From Leucoraja ocellata (Eukaryota), in contig JAWMAR010000388.1 of NCBI GenBank assembly GCA_036785375.1, positions 1,798,001 to 1,862,000 of the forward strand: DNA of 64,000 nucleotides, in the 5' to 3' direction. The translations under genes were made by a program, and so were the position numbers. Shown here in pieces: positions 1-13,934 of this stretch (its first letter is position 1; every line of letters begins with the position of its first letter). The notes beneath the pieces are model-generated. The model was given only the letters and a program-made list of their open reading frames with translations, did no database searches and had not been told where the DNA came from.

Positions 1-3000
1 GCAAACCCCTGTAAACCCGCAAAACCCCTCTAAACCCCAGATAGACCCTCTTAACCCATCTAAACCCTATGTAAACCCCATGTAAACCCCCCTAAACCAA
101 TGTAAACCCCCCTAAACCAATGTAAACCCCTCCAAACCCCTCCTCATTCCTACAAACCGCACTAAAACTCTCCAGATCTCTCTAATCCAATAGAAATCCC
201 TCTAAACCCCTATAAACCCCTCTGTAAACCTCATGTAAACCCCTCCAAACCTCTGTGAACCACTCTAAACGCCTCTTAACCACAATAAATCCCGGTAAAC
301 CCCTCTAAACCCATGTAAACCCCTCTATCCCCTCTAAACCCCTATAAAGCCCCGTAAACCCCTCTAAACCCATCTAAACGGCCTATAAACACCATACAAA
401 CCTCCTAAACCCAATTAACCACATCTAACCCCCTAAAGGCATGTAAAACCCCTCTAAACCCCCTGTAAACCTCTAAAATCCTCCAAACCCCCTGTAAACC
501 GTTCTAACCTCTCTACACCTGTAAACCCACATGTAAACTTTTTCCAAACCCAGTAAACCCATGTAAACACCTATAAACCCCCTGTAAACCACTGTAAATC
601 CATGTAAACCTCCCTAAACCTCTTTTAATTCCCAGTAACAACTCCAAATCCCTCCAACCCCTCAGCCCTTGTAATCCCCTGTAAATGCATCTGAACCCCT
701 CTAAACACCTTTAAACCTAAACATTTCTAAACCCCTCCAAACCCCTCCAAGCTGCTCTAAATCTCCCCCAACCCCTCCAATCACCTCCAAACCCCTCTAA
801 ACGCCCATCCAAACTCCTCTAAACCCCTGTAAACCCCTCTAAACCCATCTAGCCCCCCCTGTAAACATCATGTAAGCCCGTCTAAACCTCTGTAAACCCC
901 TCTCAACCCCTCTAAACCGATATAAAGCCCTCTACCCTCAAAACCCATCATAACCCCTGTAAACCCCATGCAACTCCCCTAACCCCCTGTAAACCCGCCT
1001 CAAAACCCTGTAAACCTCCCTAACACCATCTAAACCCCTGTAAACCCCCACCCCCAAACCCCTGTAATCCCCATGTAACCCCAGCTAACCACTTAAAACC
1101 CTCCACACCCATGTAAACCTCTCAAAACCCTCTAAACACATGTAAACCCTATGTAAACCCCTGTAAATGACTCTAAACCTTTTAAACGCCTGTGAAACGA
1201 TCTAAACCCCTGACAACATCTGTAAACAACTCTAAACACGTAAACCACTGTAAACCCCTCTAATCCCTTCTAAACACATCTAAACCCCTGAAAACCTCTC
1301 TAAACACCTGCAAACACATGTAAACCAGTCTAAACACCTGTAAATCCCTCTAAAGCACTGTATTTCCCTCTAACCCCTCTAAACCCATGTAAATCCCCCT
1401 AAACATCTGTAAACCCCATATAAACCCCCCTAAACCTCTGTGTGCCCTTCTAAACCCCTGTAAACTTCTCTAAGGCACTCGAAACACCTCTAAACCCCTC
1501 TAACCCCCTCTAAACACATTTAAAACCCTCTAACCCCCTCGAAACCCAATTAAAACACTCAATCCCTCTAAACGTCTGAAAATCCTCCCCAAACCGATGT
1601 AAATCCCTCCACCCCTCCAAACCACTCTACACCCCTGGAAACCCCTCCAAATCCCATCCAATCCGCTCTATACCTCTCCAGCCACCGCCAAACCCCATGC
1701 AAACCCCCTATACATCCCTCCAGATCCCTCCAAAGCCCTCCAAACACCCTATAAAGCCATCTAAACCCCTCCAACCCCCCTGTAAACCCCTCTAATCACC
1801 TGTATACAACCTTGAACGCCTCTAAACCCCTATAAAGCCCGCTACACCCCTCAAAACCTACGTAAACCCCTGTAGACCCCTATAAAGCCCTGTAAACCCC
1901 ATGTAACCCCCCTAATCACCTATAAACCACTCTAAACACCGGTAAACACCTTTAATTGCCACTAATCCCCTGCAACCCCCTCTAAACCCCCTGTAAACCT
2001 GTCAAAACTCATCTAAACCCCCTGTAAACCCCATGTAAACCCCTCTAAAGCCATGTAAACCTCTCTAAACCCATCCAAACCCCATATAACGCCCTCTAAC
2101 CCCTCTAAACCCATGTAAACCCCATGTAAACACTTCTACACACCTGTAAACCCCTCTAAAATCCTCTAAATAACTGTAAAATCCTCAAAATACTGTAAAC
2201 CCCTCTACACCCCTGTAATACTCTCTCAAACCCTCTAAAGCCGTCTAAACCCCTCTAAACCCCGTTAAAGCTCTCTAAACACCTGCAAACACTTGTAACC
2301 CCTCTAAACCCATATAAAACATTCTAAACCCATCTAAACCCCATGTAAATCCCTCAAACTCCCTGTAAACCCCTCTAAACATCTGTAAACCCCATCTAAA
2401 CCCTGTAAACCCCTCTGAACACCTCTAATCCCATGCAAACTACAGTAAACCCGTCTAAGCCCCAGTAAACGCATGTAAACCCTCGACACCTCCCCCCCAG
2501 TAAACCCCTATAGCGCCCTCTAAACCAATCGAAACCCCCTGTAAATCCCATGGAGCCCCCTCTAAATCCATGTAAACCTCTCTAAACCCCCCATGAACCT
2601 CTCTAAACCACTCTATACCTTGCAAGCCCCATGTAAACCCCTCTAAACCCATCAAAACCCCTGTAAACCCCTCTAACCACTAATCCCCTGCAAACCCCGG
2701 AAAACCCCTCTAAGTCCCAGTAACTGCCTGCACACCCTGTAAACCCCTCGAGACCACCTGTAAAACCCTATAACGTCCTCTAAACCACCTAAACCCCCTG
2801 TAAACCCCATGTAAACCCCTCTAATCCCATGTAAACCTCACGAAACCCCTCTAACCCCCCTATAAAGCCCTCTAACCCCTCTAAACCCATGTAAACCCCT
2901 CTAAACCCATGTAACACCCCTGTAAACCCCATGTAAACATCTCTAAACACCTTGTAAACCTCTCTAAAATCCTCTAAATAACTCTAAAATCCTCTAAATC

Positions 3001-5560
3001 CTGTAAACCCCTCTACACTCCTGTAATCCTCTCTCAAACCCTCTAAAGCCGTCTAAACCCTCTAAACCCCATGTAACTCCCTCTAAACCCCTCTAAACAC
3101 ATGTAAACCCACCTAAACCATTGTAAACCCCTCTAAACACTTCTAATCCCCAGCAAACCCCAGTAAACCCCTCTAAGCCGCAGTAAACACATGTAAACCC
3201 CTCGTCCCCCCCCCAGTAATCCCCAGTAAACCCTTATAGCGCCTTCTAAACCAATCTAAATCCCCTGTAAACCCCATGTAAACCCCTCTAAACCCCTGTA
3301 AACCCCAATAAACGTCTTTACACCTGTAAACACCTGTAAACCCCTGTAAACCCCTCTAAACTCCAGTAAATCCTTCTAAATTCATTTTAAACACCTGTAA
3401 ACATAATCTAAACCCCTCTACACCCATGTAAACCTCTCCAAACATCTCTAAACAATGTAATCAACTTTAACCCTCTCTAAACTTCTCTAAAACCCGTTAA
3501 ATCTCATGTAAACCCCTCTAAACCGTACTACACATGTAAACACATATAAACCCCTTTAACCCCTATAACGCCATCTAAACCAATCTAACCCCCCTGTAAA
3601 CCTCACGTAAACCCCTCTAAACCCATGAAAACATCTCTAAACCCATGGAAACCCATGGAAACCCCATGGCAACCATTCTAAACCCCTGTAAACCCATGTA
3701 ACCCCATGTAAACCGCTCTAAACATCTCTAAACCACTGTAAACAACTCTAAACCCCTCTAAACCGTACTACACCTGTAAACACGTGTAAACCCCTTTAAA
3801 CCTAAACCCTTCTAAACACCTGTAAGCATTCCTAAAACCCTCTAAAACCCTTTAAACCCCTTTAAACACATGTAAACACCTGTAAAACCCTCTAACCGAT
3901 GTAAACCCCTCTAACCCCTCCAAACTGCTGTAAACCTCTCCAGGCACCTCCAACCACCTGCAAACCCCCTTTAAATCCTTCCAACGCCTTCAAAACCCCA
4001 TAAATGCATCTAACCCCCTATAAACACCATGTAAACCCCATGTAACCCCCTCTAAACCCCTGTGAACTACTCGAGACGCCTCTAAACCCATATAAATCCC
4101 TGTAAACCTCTCTAAACCCATCTAAAGCCCCCCATAAACACCATGAAACCCCCCTAAACCCCCATAACCCCACGTAAAACCCCCCTAATCACCCCCAAGG
4201 CCCTCTAAACCCCTGTAAACCCATGTACATCCCCCTAAACTACTGTACACCCCCTGTAAACCTCTCAGACCCTATAAACCCCTGTAAACCCCCCTAACCC
4301 TGTAAACCCCATGGAAACCTCCCTAAACCACTGTAAACCCCTCTGAACCCACGTAAATCTCTCTAAACCACTGTAAACCTCTCTACAACCCTCTAAACAA
4401 CTGTAAACCCCTGCAAACCCGATGTAAACTCCCCTAAACTCCCGTGAACTTTCTAAACACATGTAAACATCTCCAAAACCCTATTAACCCTATGGAAACC
4501 TGCCCAAACCACTGTCAACCCCTCTAAATCCCTATTACCCTCTCTAAACCCTCTAAACATCTGTAAACCCCTCTAAACCCCTGTAAATCCAAACCCCTCT
4601 AAACCCCTCCAAACTGTTGTGAACCTCTCCAGGTACCTGCAAACACCTGCAAACCCCCTTTAAATCCTTCCAAAGTCCTCCAAATCCCTATAAAGGCATC
4701 TAACCCCTATAACACCCTGTAACCCCATGTAACCCCCTCTAAACCCCTGTGAACTACTCGAGACGCCTCTAAACCCCTATAAAGCCGTGTAAACCCCTCT
4801 AAACGCAATCAAAAGCCCCCTGTAAATACCATGTAAATCCCCCTAAATCCCATTAAACCTCATGTAAACCCCCCTAAACTACTGTAACCCCCTATAAATC
4901 CATGTAAACCTCTAACCCCTGTAAACATCTCTAAATCCTCTAAACACTGTAAACACATTTAAACTTGTAAACCTCCATAAACCCCTCTAAAACCCTGTAA
5001 ACCCGTCAAATCACCTATAACCCCCCTGTAAACCCCATGTAAATCCCCCTAAACCTCTGTAAACCCCTCTAAACCCCTGTGAACCCACCTAAGACCCACT
5101 AAACCCTTGCAAACCCCTCTAAACATCTCTACGCCTGCAAACACATATAAACCCCGTTAACAACTTTAAACCCCTGTACACCCTCTAAACCTCTCTAAAC
5201 ACCTGTAAACACCTGTAAATCCCTCTAAACCCATGCAAATCACTATAAACCACACCAAACTCCTCCAACCCCCTCTAAACCCATGTAAACCGCTGAAAAC
5301 AACTCCAAACCCTCTAAACCCATATAAAAACACTTTGAAACCCATGCAAACCCCATGTAAACTCCCCTAAACTCCCATAAACATTCTAAACACCTGTAAA
5401 CATCTCTAAAACCCTATAAAACCCTATGGAAACCTCCACAAACCACTGTCAACCCTTCTAAACCCTGTAAACCTCTCTAAAACCCTCCAAACACCGGTAA
5501 ACACATGTAAACCCTATGTAAACACCTGTAACCCCTATATACCTCTCTAAAACCCTCTAA

Positions 5561-5783
5561 TAATAATAATATAATAATAATCTTATTTGTATAGCACATT
5601 TTTAGTCAACTTGCATTGACTCCAAAGTGCTTCACATAATTACATTACATTTACACACAGGCAAAGTGGGTGAAGTGTCTTGCCCCAAGGACACAACGAC
5701 AGTATGCACTCCAAGCGGGATTCGAACCGGCTACCTTCAGGTCGCCAACCGAACACTTAGCCCATTGCGCCATCTGTCGTCCC
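5561..5783 (-). mobile_element. tRNA-derived CORE-type SINE with L2-like tail, inserted in the satellite
   Basis: Minus strand: A box TGGCGCAATGG, B box GGTTCGAATCC, CORE-like GTGTCCTTGGGGCAAGACACTT, tail ...GTGCTATACAAATAAG(ATT)n. Confidence 0.75.
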
Positions 5784-8714
5784 ACATAAAACCCTATAAA
5801 ACCCTATGGAAACCTCCACAAACCACTGTCAACCCCTCTAAACACCTGTAAACCCCACAATGCCCTGTAAACCCTTCTAAACACCTGTAAGCATCCCTAA
5901 AACCCTCTAAAACCCTTGAAACCCCTCTAAATACAACATGTAAACACCTGTAAAACCCTCTAAACACCTATAAACCCATCTAAACCTCTGTAAATCCCTC
6001 TAACCGATGTAAACCCCTATAACCCTCCAAACTGCTGTAAACCTCTCCAGGCACCTCCAAACACCTGCAAACCCCCTTTAAATCCTTCCAACGCCTTCAA
6101 AACCCCTATAAATGCATCTAACCCCCTATAAACACTATGTAAACCCATGTAACCCCCCTCTAAACCCCTGTGAACTACTCGAGACGCCTCTAAACCCTAT
6201 AAAGCCCTGTAAACCTCTCTAAACCCATCTAAAGCCCCCCATAAACCCCACGTAAACCCCCTAATCACCCCTAAGGCTCTCTAAACCCTGTAAACCCCAT
6301 CCCCCTAAACTACTGTACACTCCTCTAAGTTCATGTAAACCTCTAAACCCCTGTAAACCTCTCTAAATCCTATAACACCTGTAAACACATGTAAACCCCT
6401 GTAAACCTCTCTTAAACCCCTGTAAACCTCTCTAAAACCCTCTAAACACCTGTAAACCCCATGTAAACCCTCTGTAAACCCCTCTAATCACTCTAACCCC
6501 CCTAACCCCCTGTAAACCTCTCTAAACACCTGTGAATCTATCTAAGACCCGCTAAACCCTTGCAAACCCCTCTAAACCTCTCTACGCCTGTAACCACATA
6601 TAAACCCCATGTTAACTCATTTAAACCTCTGTACACCCCTCTAAACACCTGTAAACACCTGTAAATCCCTCTAAACCCATGCAAATCACTATAAACCACA
6701 CCAAACCCCTCCAACCCCCTCTAAACCCATGTAAACCCCTGAAACAACTCCAAACCCCTCTAAACCCTGTGAACCACACTAAATGCATTTAAACCACAGT
6801 ACAGCCGGCTAAACCGCTCTAAAACCATGTAAAACCCCTCTAAACCTATTTAAACCCCTCTGCAAACACCATGTAAACCCCCATAACCCCTGTAAACCAC
6901 TCTAAACCTCTCTAAAATCCTGTAAACCTCACACAATCTCTCCACACACCAATAAAGCACTCTAAACCCCTCAAAACACATCTACGCCTCTGTAAATCAC
7001 ATGTAAACCTGCCTAAACGCCCTGTAAACCCCAATAAACACCCTGTAAACCTCTTTGAAACCCTCTAAAGTCATCTAAACCCCTCTAAACCTATCTAAAT
7101 GCCTGCAAACACCTGGGAACCACTCTAAACACCTGCAAACACATGTAAACCTCTCTAAACCCCCTGTAAACCCCATGTAAACCAACCTAAACCCCTGTAA
7201 ACCCCATGTAAACCCCCCTAAACACCTGTAAACCCTTCTAAACACCTGTAAACATCTCTAAAACCATCTATATCTCTCGAAACTTCTCTACTTTAAACCT
7301 CTCTAAATACCTGTAAACACCTGTAAACCCCTTTAAACCCCGCAAACCCCATGTAAACGCCCCTAAACCCCCGTAAACCCTTCTAAACACATGTAAACAC
7401 CTCTAAAACCCTATAAAACCCTTTATACCCCTCTACACCACTCTAAATATCTCTAAATACCTGTAAAGCCCTCTAACCCCCTCTAAGCCCATCTTTAACC
7501 CCCTCTAAACCCCTTTAAATCCCTATAACCCGATGTAAATCCCTCTAAACCCCTCTAACCCCCTCCAATTCCCTCCAAACCTCTCCAGACACATCGAAAC
7601 CACTGCAACCCCCCTCTAAATCCCTCCAAAGCCCTCCAACCCCCTATAAAGCCATATAACCCCCTATAAACACCATGCAAACCCTTCAAAACCCATGTGA
7701 ACCAGTATAGATGCCTTTAAACCCCCATAAAGCCAGCTATACCCTTCAAAACGCCTATACACACCTGTATACCCCATGTAAACCCCTATAAAGCCATTTA
7801 AACCGCTCTAAACCCCATGTAAACCCCCCTAAACCCCTGTAAGCCCCAGGAAACCCCCCTAAACTACTGTAACCCCCTCTAAACCCATGTAAACCTAGTC
7901 TAAACCCCTGTAAACCTCTCTAAAACCCTCTAATCACCTGTAAACCCCTGTAAACCCCATGTAAACCCCTCTAAACACCTCTTAACCCCCCTGTAAACAC
8001 TTGTAAACCCCTCTAAACTTCTCTACGCCTGTAAACACCTGTAAACCCCATTTCAACCCCCTTGAAATCCCCGTACACCTATCTAAAACCATCTACACAC
8101 ATGTAAACCCCTCTAACCCTCTCTAAACATCTGTAAACACCTATAAACACATGTAAACCCACAAAACCCCTCTAAACACATCTAAAACCCTCTATACCCC
8201 TCTAAACCCCTGTAAATCTCCCTGGACCCATGTAAATCACTCTAAACCCCAACAAACCCTCCAACCCCCCTCTAAACCCCTGCAAACCGCTCTAAACTTC
8301 CCCAGACCCCTCCAAAGCGCCCGAAACCCTTCTAACCCCATATAAAGCCCTGTAAACCCATACAACTCCTCCCTGTAAACCTCATGTAAACCCCTCTAAA
8401 CCCCTGTGAACCACTCTAAACGCCTCCAAACCGCAATAAAGCCCGCTAAACACCTCTAAACCCATATAAATCCCCCTGTAAACACCATGTAAATCCCTCT
8501 AAACCCCTGTAAATCCCTCTAAACCCATGTAACCCGCTGTAAAGACCTGCAAACCCCATGTAAACCCCTCTAAAACCCTGTAAACCTCTCTAAAACCCTC
8601 TAAACCCCTTTAAACCACTCTAAACCTCTGTTCACCTGTAAACACCTGTAAACCCCTATAAACCTCTCTAAAACCTTCTAAACATGTGTAAACCACTCTA
8701 AAACCCCTGTAAAG

Positions 8715-8994
8715 GATAAGGGGGAAATCCTTTAAAACCGAGATGAGAAGAACTTTTTTTCACACAGAGAGAGGTGAATCTCTCGAACTCTCTGCCACAG
8801 AGGATAGTTGAGGCCAGTTCATTGGCTATATTTAAGAGGGAGTTAGATGTGGCCCTTGTGGCTAAGGGAATCAGGGGGTATGGAGAGAAGGCAGGTACGG
8901 GATACTGAGTTGGATGATCAGCCATGATCATATTGAATGGCGGTGCAGGCTCGAAGGTACTCCTGCACCTAATTTCTATGTTTCTATGTTTCTA
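8715..8994 (+). mobile_element. 5'-truncated CR1 LINE 3' end
   Basis: Typical CR1 ORF2 end/3'UTR, (TTTCTATG)n tail, candidate TSD TGTAAAG at 8708-8714 and 8995-9001. Confidence 0.9.
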
Positions 8995-11320
8995 TGTAAA
9001 GACTACTAAACACCTGTAAACATCTCTAAACCCCTCTAAGACCCTTTAAACCGCTGTAAACCACTACAAACCCCTCTAAATACCTGTAAACACCAGTAAA
9101 CCCATCTAAAACCATCTAAACCCCTCTAACCCCATCCAAATCCCTCTAAACTGCTCTAACCATCTCCAGGCACCTCCAACCCCCTGCAAACCCCCTCTAC
9201 ATCCCTCCAAAGCTCTCCAAACAACCAAATACAGGGGTTTACAGGGGTTTAAAGCCACCCAACCCCCTGTAAACCCCCTGTAACCCCCTCCAAAGACCTG
9301 TAAAACCCTGTATACCATTGTAAACCCATGTAAACTTTTCTAAACATCTGTAAACCTCTGTAAACATCTCTAAATCCCTCTAAACCACTATAAGCCCCTG
9401 TAAACCCCCTGTAAATGCACCTGAACCCCTCTAAATAATCTAAAACCCTGTTAACCGCTCTAAACCTCTGTGAATCTCTCTAAACCCCACCAAACCTCTC
9501 TAACCGCCTCTACACATCTCTAAACCCCTCCAACCCACTCTAAATCTCTCCAGACCCCTCCAATCCCATCCAAACCTCTCCAAACACCACTAACCCCGTG
9601 TAAACCAGTCTAAACACATAAACTCATCTCAACCTCTCTAAACCCATATAAAGCCCTTTAACCACTCAAAACTCATCTAGACCCCCCTGTAAACCCATGT
9701 AAACCCCCTAACCCCATGTAAAGCTCTATAAACCCCATGTGAACCTCTCTAAAACACTCTAAAGCCGCCCAAATCCCTCTAAACCTCTAAACACCCTTAA
9801 ACCCGTGTAAACCAAACTAAACCCATCTAAACCCCTGTACATCCCTCTAAACCCCTGTAAACACCTGTAAACCTCGGTAAGCCCCGCTAAGCCCCAACGA
9901 AACCCTCTAAAATCCCTCTAAACACCCTATAAAGATCTCTAAGCCCATCTAACCCCGTGTAAACCGCTGAAAAGGCCTGTAAACCCCACGTAAACCAGTC
10001 TAAACACCTGTAAACCTCTCTAAAACCATTTAAACCGCTCTAAACCACTATAAACCTATCTAAATACCTGTAAACACCCGTAAAACATCTAAACCCCTCT
10101 AAACCCATCTAAAACCCTCTAAACCCCTACAATTCACTCTAAACCAATGTAAATCTCTCTAAACCCCTGTAACCCCCTCTAAACCCCTCCAAACCCCTCT
10201 AAACCCCTCCAAACCCATGTAAACCCCTCCAAACCACTCTAAACCCATATAAACCCATCTACACCTTTATAAACACCTGTACACCCCATGTAAACTCCTC
10301 TAAACCATGTGAACCACTCTAAACGCACCTATACCCCATAAAGCAGGCTAAACCCCTCTAAAACCACGTAAAACACCTCTAAACCCATCTAAAACCCCTG
10401 TAAACTCCATGTAAACCCCCCTAAATCCCTGTAAACACCAGGTAAACCCCCCCTTAACCCATGTAAACCACTCTAAACCACTACAACCCTCTGTAAAACC
10501 CTCTAAACCCCTGTAAACCCCATCCAAATCTCTCTACACAGCTATAAAGTACTCTAAACCCCTCAAAACACATCTAAACCTCTGTAGACCCCAAGTAAAC
10601 CCCCCTAAACCCCTCTAAACCCCATGTAAACATATTTAACAACTTCTAAAGCCCTCTAAAGCCGTCTAAACCCCTCTAAACACCTGCACACCTGTAAACC
10701 ACTCTAAACTCATCTAAACACTCTAAACCATTCTAAACGCCTGTAAATCCCTCTAAAGCCTAGTAAATCCCACTAATCCCTCTAAACCCCCTGTAACACC
10801 CCTACACCCCTGTGAACCCTTCCAATCCCCTGTAAGCATCTCTAAAACCCTCTAAACCCCACTAAACCCCTCTAAACCACTCTAAACACCTGTAAACCTC
10901 ATGTAAACCCTTGGAAACCTCTCTTAAAACCCTCCAAACCTCTGTAAACCCCTCTAAACCTCTCTACACATGTAAACACCTGTAAACCCCTTTAAACCGC
11001 TCTAAACCCCGCTAAACCAATCCAAAACCCTCTAAACCACTCTAACCCCCTGTAAATCATTCTAAACCCGCTGTAAACCCATTTAACACCCTCTAAAGCC
11101 GTCAAAACGCCTGTAAACCCATCCAAACCCCTGTAAACCTCTCGAAAACACTCTAAAGCCATCTAAACCCCTCTAAACCTATCTAAACCTCTCTAAACAT
11201 CTGCAATCATCTGTAAACCCATCTTCCATCTAAAACCTCTAAACCCATGTAAACCCCTGTACGCCCCTCTAAACCCCTGTAAATCCCTCTAACCCCCTCT
11301 AAACACCTGTAAACACATGT

Positions 11321-11441
11321 AAGATTTTTAGGACTTTAAGATTTTTGCCTTCCATCACAGTGAGGAGGTGCCTGGTGAACTCACTGTGGTGGATGTTAAA
11401 TTTGTCTTTATTGTGTGTTTTTGTCATTTTTATTATATATA
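11321..11441 (+). mobile_element. 3' part of a non-autonomous retroelement, split by the Helitron (tail appears to resume at 17602-17650)
   Basis: GCCTTCCATCACAGTGAGGA...GTGGATGTT matches the reverse complement of 56580-56760; TGACAATAAAGG...CTTTGACTT tail lies after the gap. Confidence 0.6.
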
Positions 11442-11721
11442 CTAGACCAAGTGCAGACCCGTTGGGTCTGTTTCCCCAACAGCGTTTGCGGGGGGGGGGG
11501 GGGGGGCGTGAGGTGTGAAGAGGGGAGGGAGGAGGAGGAAACGGGATAGATTTGGGAGTGAAAGGAGAGCCCGGTAGGGGGTGAGAGATGGGGAGAGAGA
11601 TGTGGGGGAGGGGGGATGGGGAGGAGGGAGGGATGGGGAGAGGGGGTGGGGTAGAGAGGGAAGGGGGTGGGGGAGAGAGGGATGGGTGGGAGAGGGAGAG
11701 GGAGAGGGGTGAGGAGGGAAA

Positions 11722-12065
11722 AATAGAAACATAGAAATTAAGAGTAGGAGTAGGCCATTCGGCCCTTCTAGCCTGCACCACCATTCAATATGATCATGGC
11801 TGATCATCCAACTCAGTATCCTGTACCAGCTTTCTCTCCATACCCCCTGATCCCTTTAGCCACACGGGCCACATCTAACTCCCTCTTAAATATAGCCAAT
11901 GAACTGGCCTCAACTACCTTCTGTGGCAGAGAGTTCCAAAGACTCACCACTATCTGCGTGAAAAATGTTTCCCTCATCTCAGTACTAAAGGATTTCACCT
12001 TTATCCTTAAACTGTGTCTCGCTTGTCCTGGACTTCCACAACATCGGGAACAATCTTCCTGCATC
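11722..12065 (-). mobile_element. CR1 3' fragment inside the Helitron (copy 1 of an internal duplication)
   Basis: Translates to CR1 ORF2 C-terminus (RHSLRIK...FFTQIVVSLWNSLP); AGAAACAT tail. Confidence 0.85.
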
Positions 12066-12124
12066 AGACAAATGCAATTCAGGACTTTTGTCTTCACAAG
12101 CAAAGTCAGAATGACGGTTGTGAA

Positions 12125-13331
12125 CAAAGATCTTATAGCGGAGCAAGATAGGCTACTCCTGCTAAATGCAATGGACTGACGTGTAGTACGCTATGGAGGG
12201 GGATCATGGGCATTTTCCACGCCCATTTTAGCAACCTGAGCCTACCTAACCCGACCCGACTCGCACTGTAATCAATGTTGCGGGGCAACAGTTTGTGTGG
12301 GTCAGATTCATAAATCTGTCAGTTCAAACTTCTTGTCAAGAATAAAATTTGATTCTGGTAATTGTCTTTTTTAATGTTTTTTAAATCATTTCTTTTTAAA
12401 TGGCTCACAAGCAGTGTTTGAGTTGATTTTGTAGTAACCGGAACCGACCGACTCGCAGGGTGATTGACAGGGGGGACTTTTTGTGCGTGATTATAGGGTT
12501 AGATTCATAATTCAATTAGTTCATAATTCTGTTGATTCTTGTTAAGGAATAAAATGTTTATAAACACACATACATGAAAATTATATAAATGTATATAACA
12601 CACACAATTATATTTCTTCTAAACCAATAATGAACTTTATTTCAGACTAGACAAGGGACATTAAATAAGAAACATTGTAAATAAGAAACATTGTCTTGGG
12701 GCACTCTCTCTCCCCGCTGCCCCGGGCCCCGCACTCCTTCTCCCCCGTACTCTCTCTCCCCGCTGCCCCGCACTCTCTCTCCCCGCTGCCCCGGGCCCCG
12801 CACTCCTTCTCCCCCGTACTCTCTCTCCCCGCTGCCCCGTACTCTCTCTCCCCGCTGCCCCGCACTCTCTCTCCCCGCTGCCCCGGGCCCCGCACTCCTT
12901 CTCCCCCGTACTCTCTCTCCCGCTGCCCCGGGCCCCGCACTCTCTCTCCCGCACTCCTTCTCCCCCGCTGCCCCGCACTCCTTCTCCCCGCTGCCCCGGG
13001 CCCCCCACTCTCTCTGCCCGCTGCCCCGCACTCCTTCTCCCCCGCTGCCCCGGGCCCCGCACTCTCTCTCCCCGCACTCCTTCTCCCCGCTGCTCCGGGC
13101 CCCGCACTCTCTCTCCCCGCTGCCCCGGGCCTTGCACTCCTTCTCCACGCTGCGGATCCAATCTTTGGCCGGAAGCAAGAAGGCGGGACCAAGAAAGCGG
13201 TGCAAGATGGCGGAACAAGATGGCGGAGTCAGCTTGCTAATATGTGTCCTGTAATCACCCATGAAACCGCCCATGAGCGTACCTCACGTTTGCGTGAGAG
13301 TAACCTATCTTGCTTCGCTCTAAGATCTTTG
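12125..13331. mobile_element. Non-autonomous TIR DNA transposon (P-superfamily-like MITE), copy 1
   Basis: ~34-bp TIRs CAAAGATCTTATAGCGGAGCAAGATAGGCTACTC; perfect 8-bp TSD GTTGTGAA (12117-12124, 13332-13339); near-empty site in the duplicate at ~15327. Confidence 0.9.
12701..13150. repeat. GC-rich minisatellite inside the MITE (CACTCTCTCTCCCCGCTGCCCCGGGCCCCG-type units)
   Basis: Tandem units; far fewer copies in the second MITE (26235-26348). Confidence 0.9.
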
Positions 13332-13415
13332 GTTGTGAAGAATTCGAACAATCGCTGAACGTTCAGATGCTGCGCGCGCCTCCTGCACCAAAGGGGGGGG
13401 GGGGGGAGTCACACA

Positions 13416-13455
13416 CAAAGATCTTGTAGCGGTGAGCTCCGCTATAAGATCTTCG
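13416..13455. mobile_element. 40-bp TIR-only remnant (putative excision footprint) of the same transposon family
   Basis: CAAAGATCTTGTAGCGG-TGA-GCTCCGCTATAAGATCTTCG flanked by 8-bp direct repeat GTCACACA (13408-13415, 13456-13463). Confidence 0.85.
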
Positions 13456-13934
13456 GTCACACACTAAGCTCGTGCCTCCACAAACAGATGAGCGTCTTCT
13501 TGAATGGAGAGCGCGTGGCTGCCTCCACAAACAGTCACACACACTGTGGACCCGCCCCCACAAAAAATATTGTGTGAGGAAGGGGAGGAGGAGGGTGGGG
13601 AGGGGGAGAAGAGGGGGAGGAGAGGATGGGGGGAGAGAGGTGGAAGAGTGGGGCGGGGTTGGAGCGGGCGTGCATGAGTCGAGAGAAGAGAGAAGGGCAG
13701 AGAGAGAGAGGGGCTGGAACAACAACAAAAAAGCTGCATAAACTCAGCGGGTGCAGCGGCATCTATGGACCGAAGGAAACCCTTCTTCCGGGTTTTCGAC
13801 CAAAAACGTTGACCATTCAATTCGCTCCATAGATGCTGCCGCACCCGCTGAGTTTATCCAGCTTTTTTTTAATGTCTACCTTCGATTTTCCAGCATCTGT
13901 AGTTCCTTCTTAAAGACAGAGACTGTGCACGGTA

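Larger units (their letters stand above)
1..11320. repeat. Degenerate ~10-bp satellite (consensus ~TAAACCCCTC / TAAACCCCTG), C-rich on + strand, telomere-like
   Basis: Continuous TAAAC(C/A)CCT(C/G) periodicity; ORFs here are low-complexity artefacts. Confidence 0.95.
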
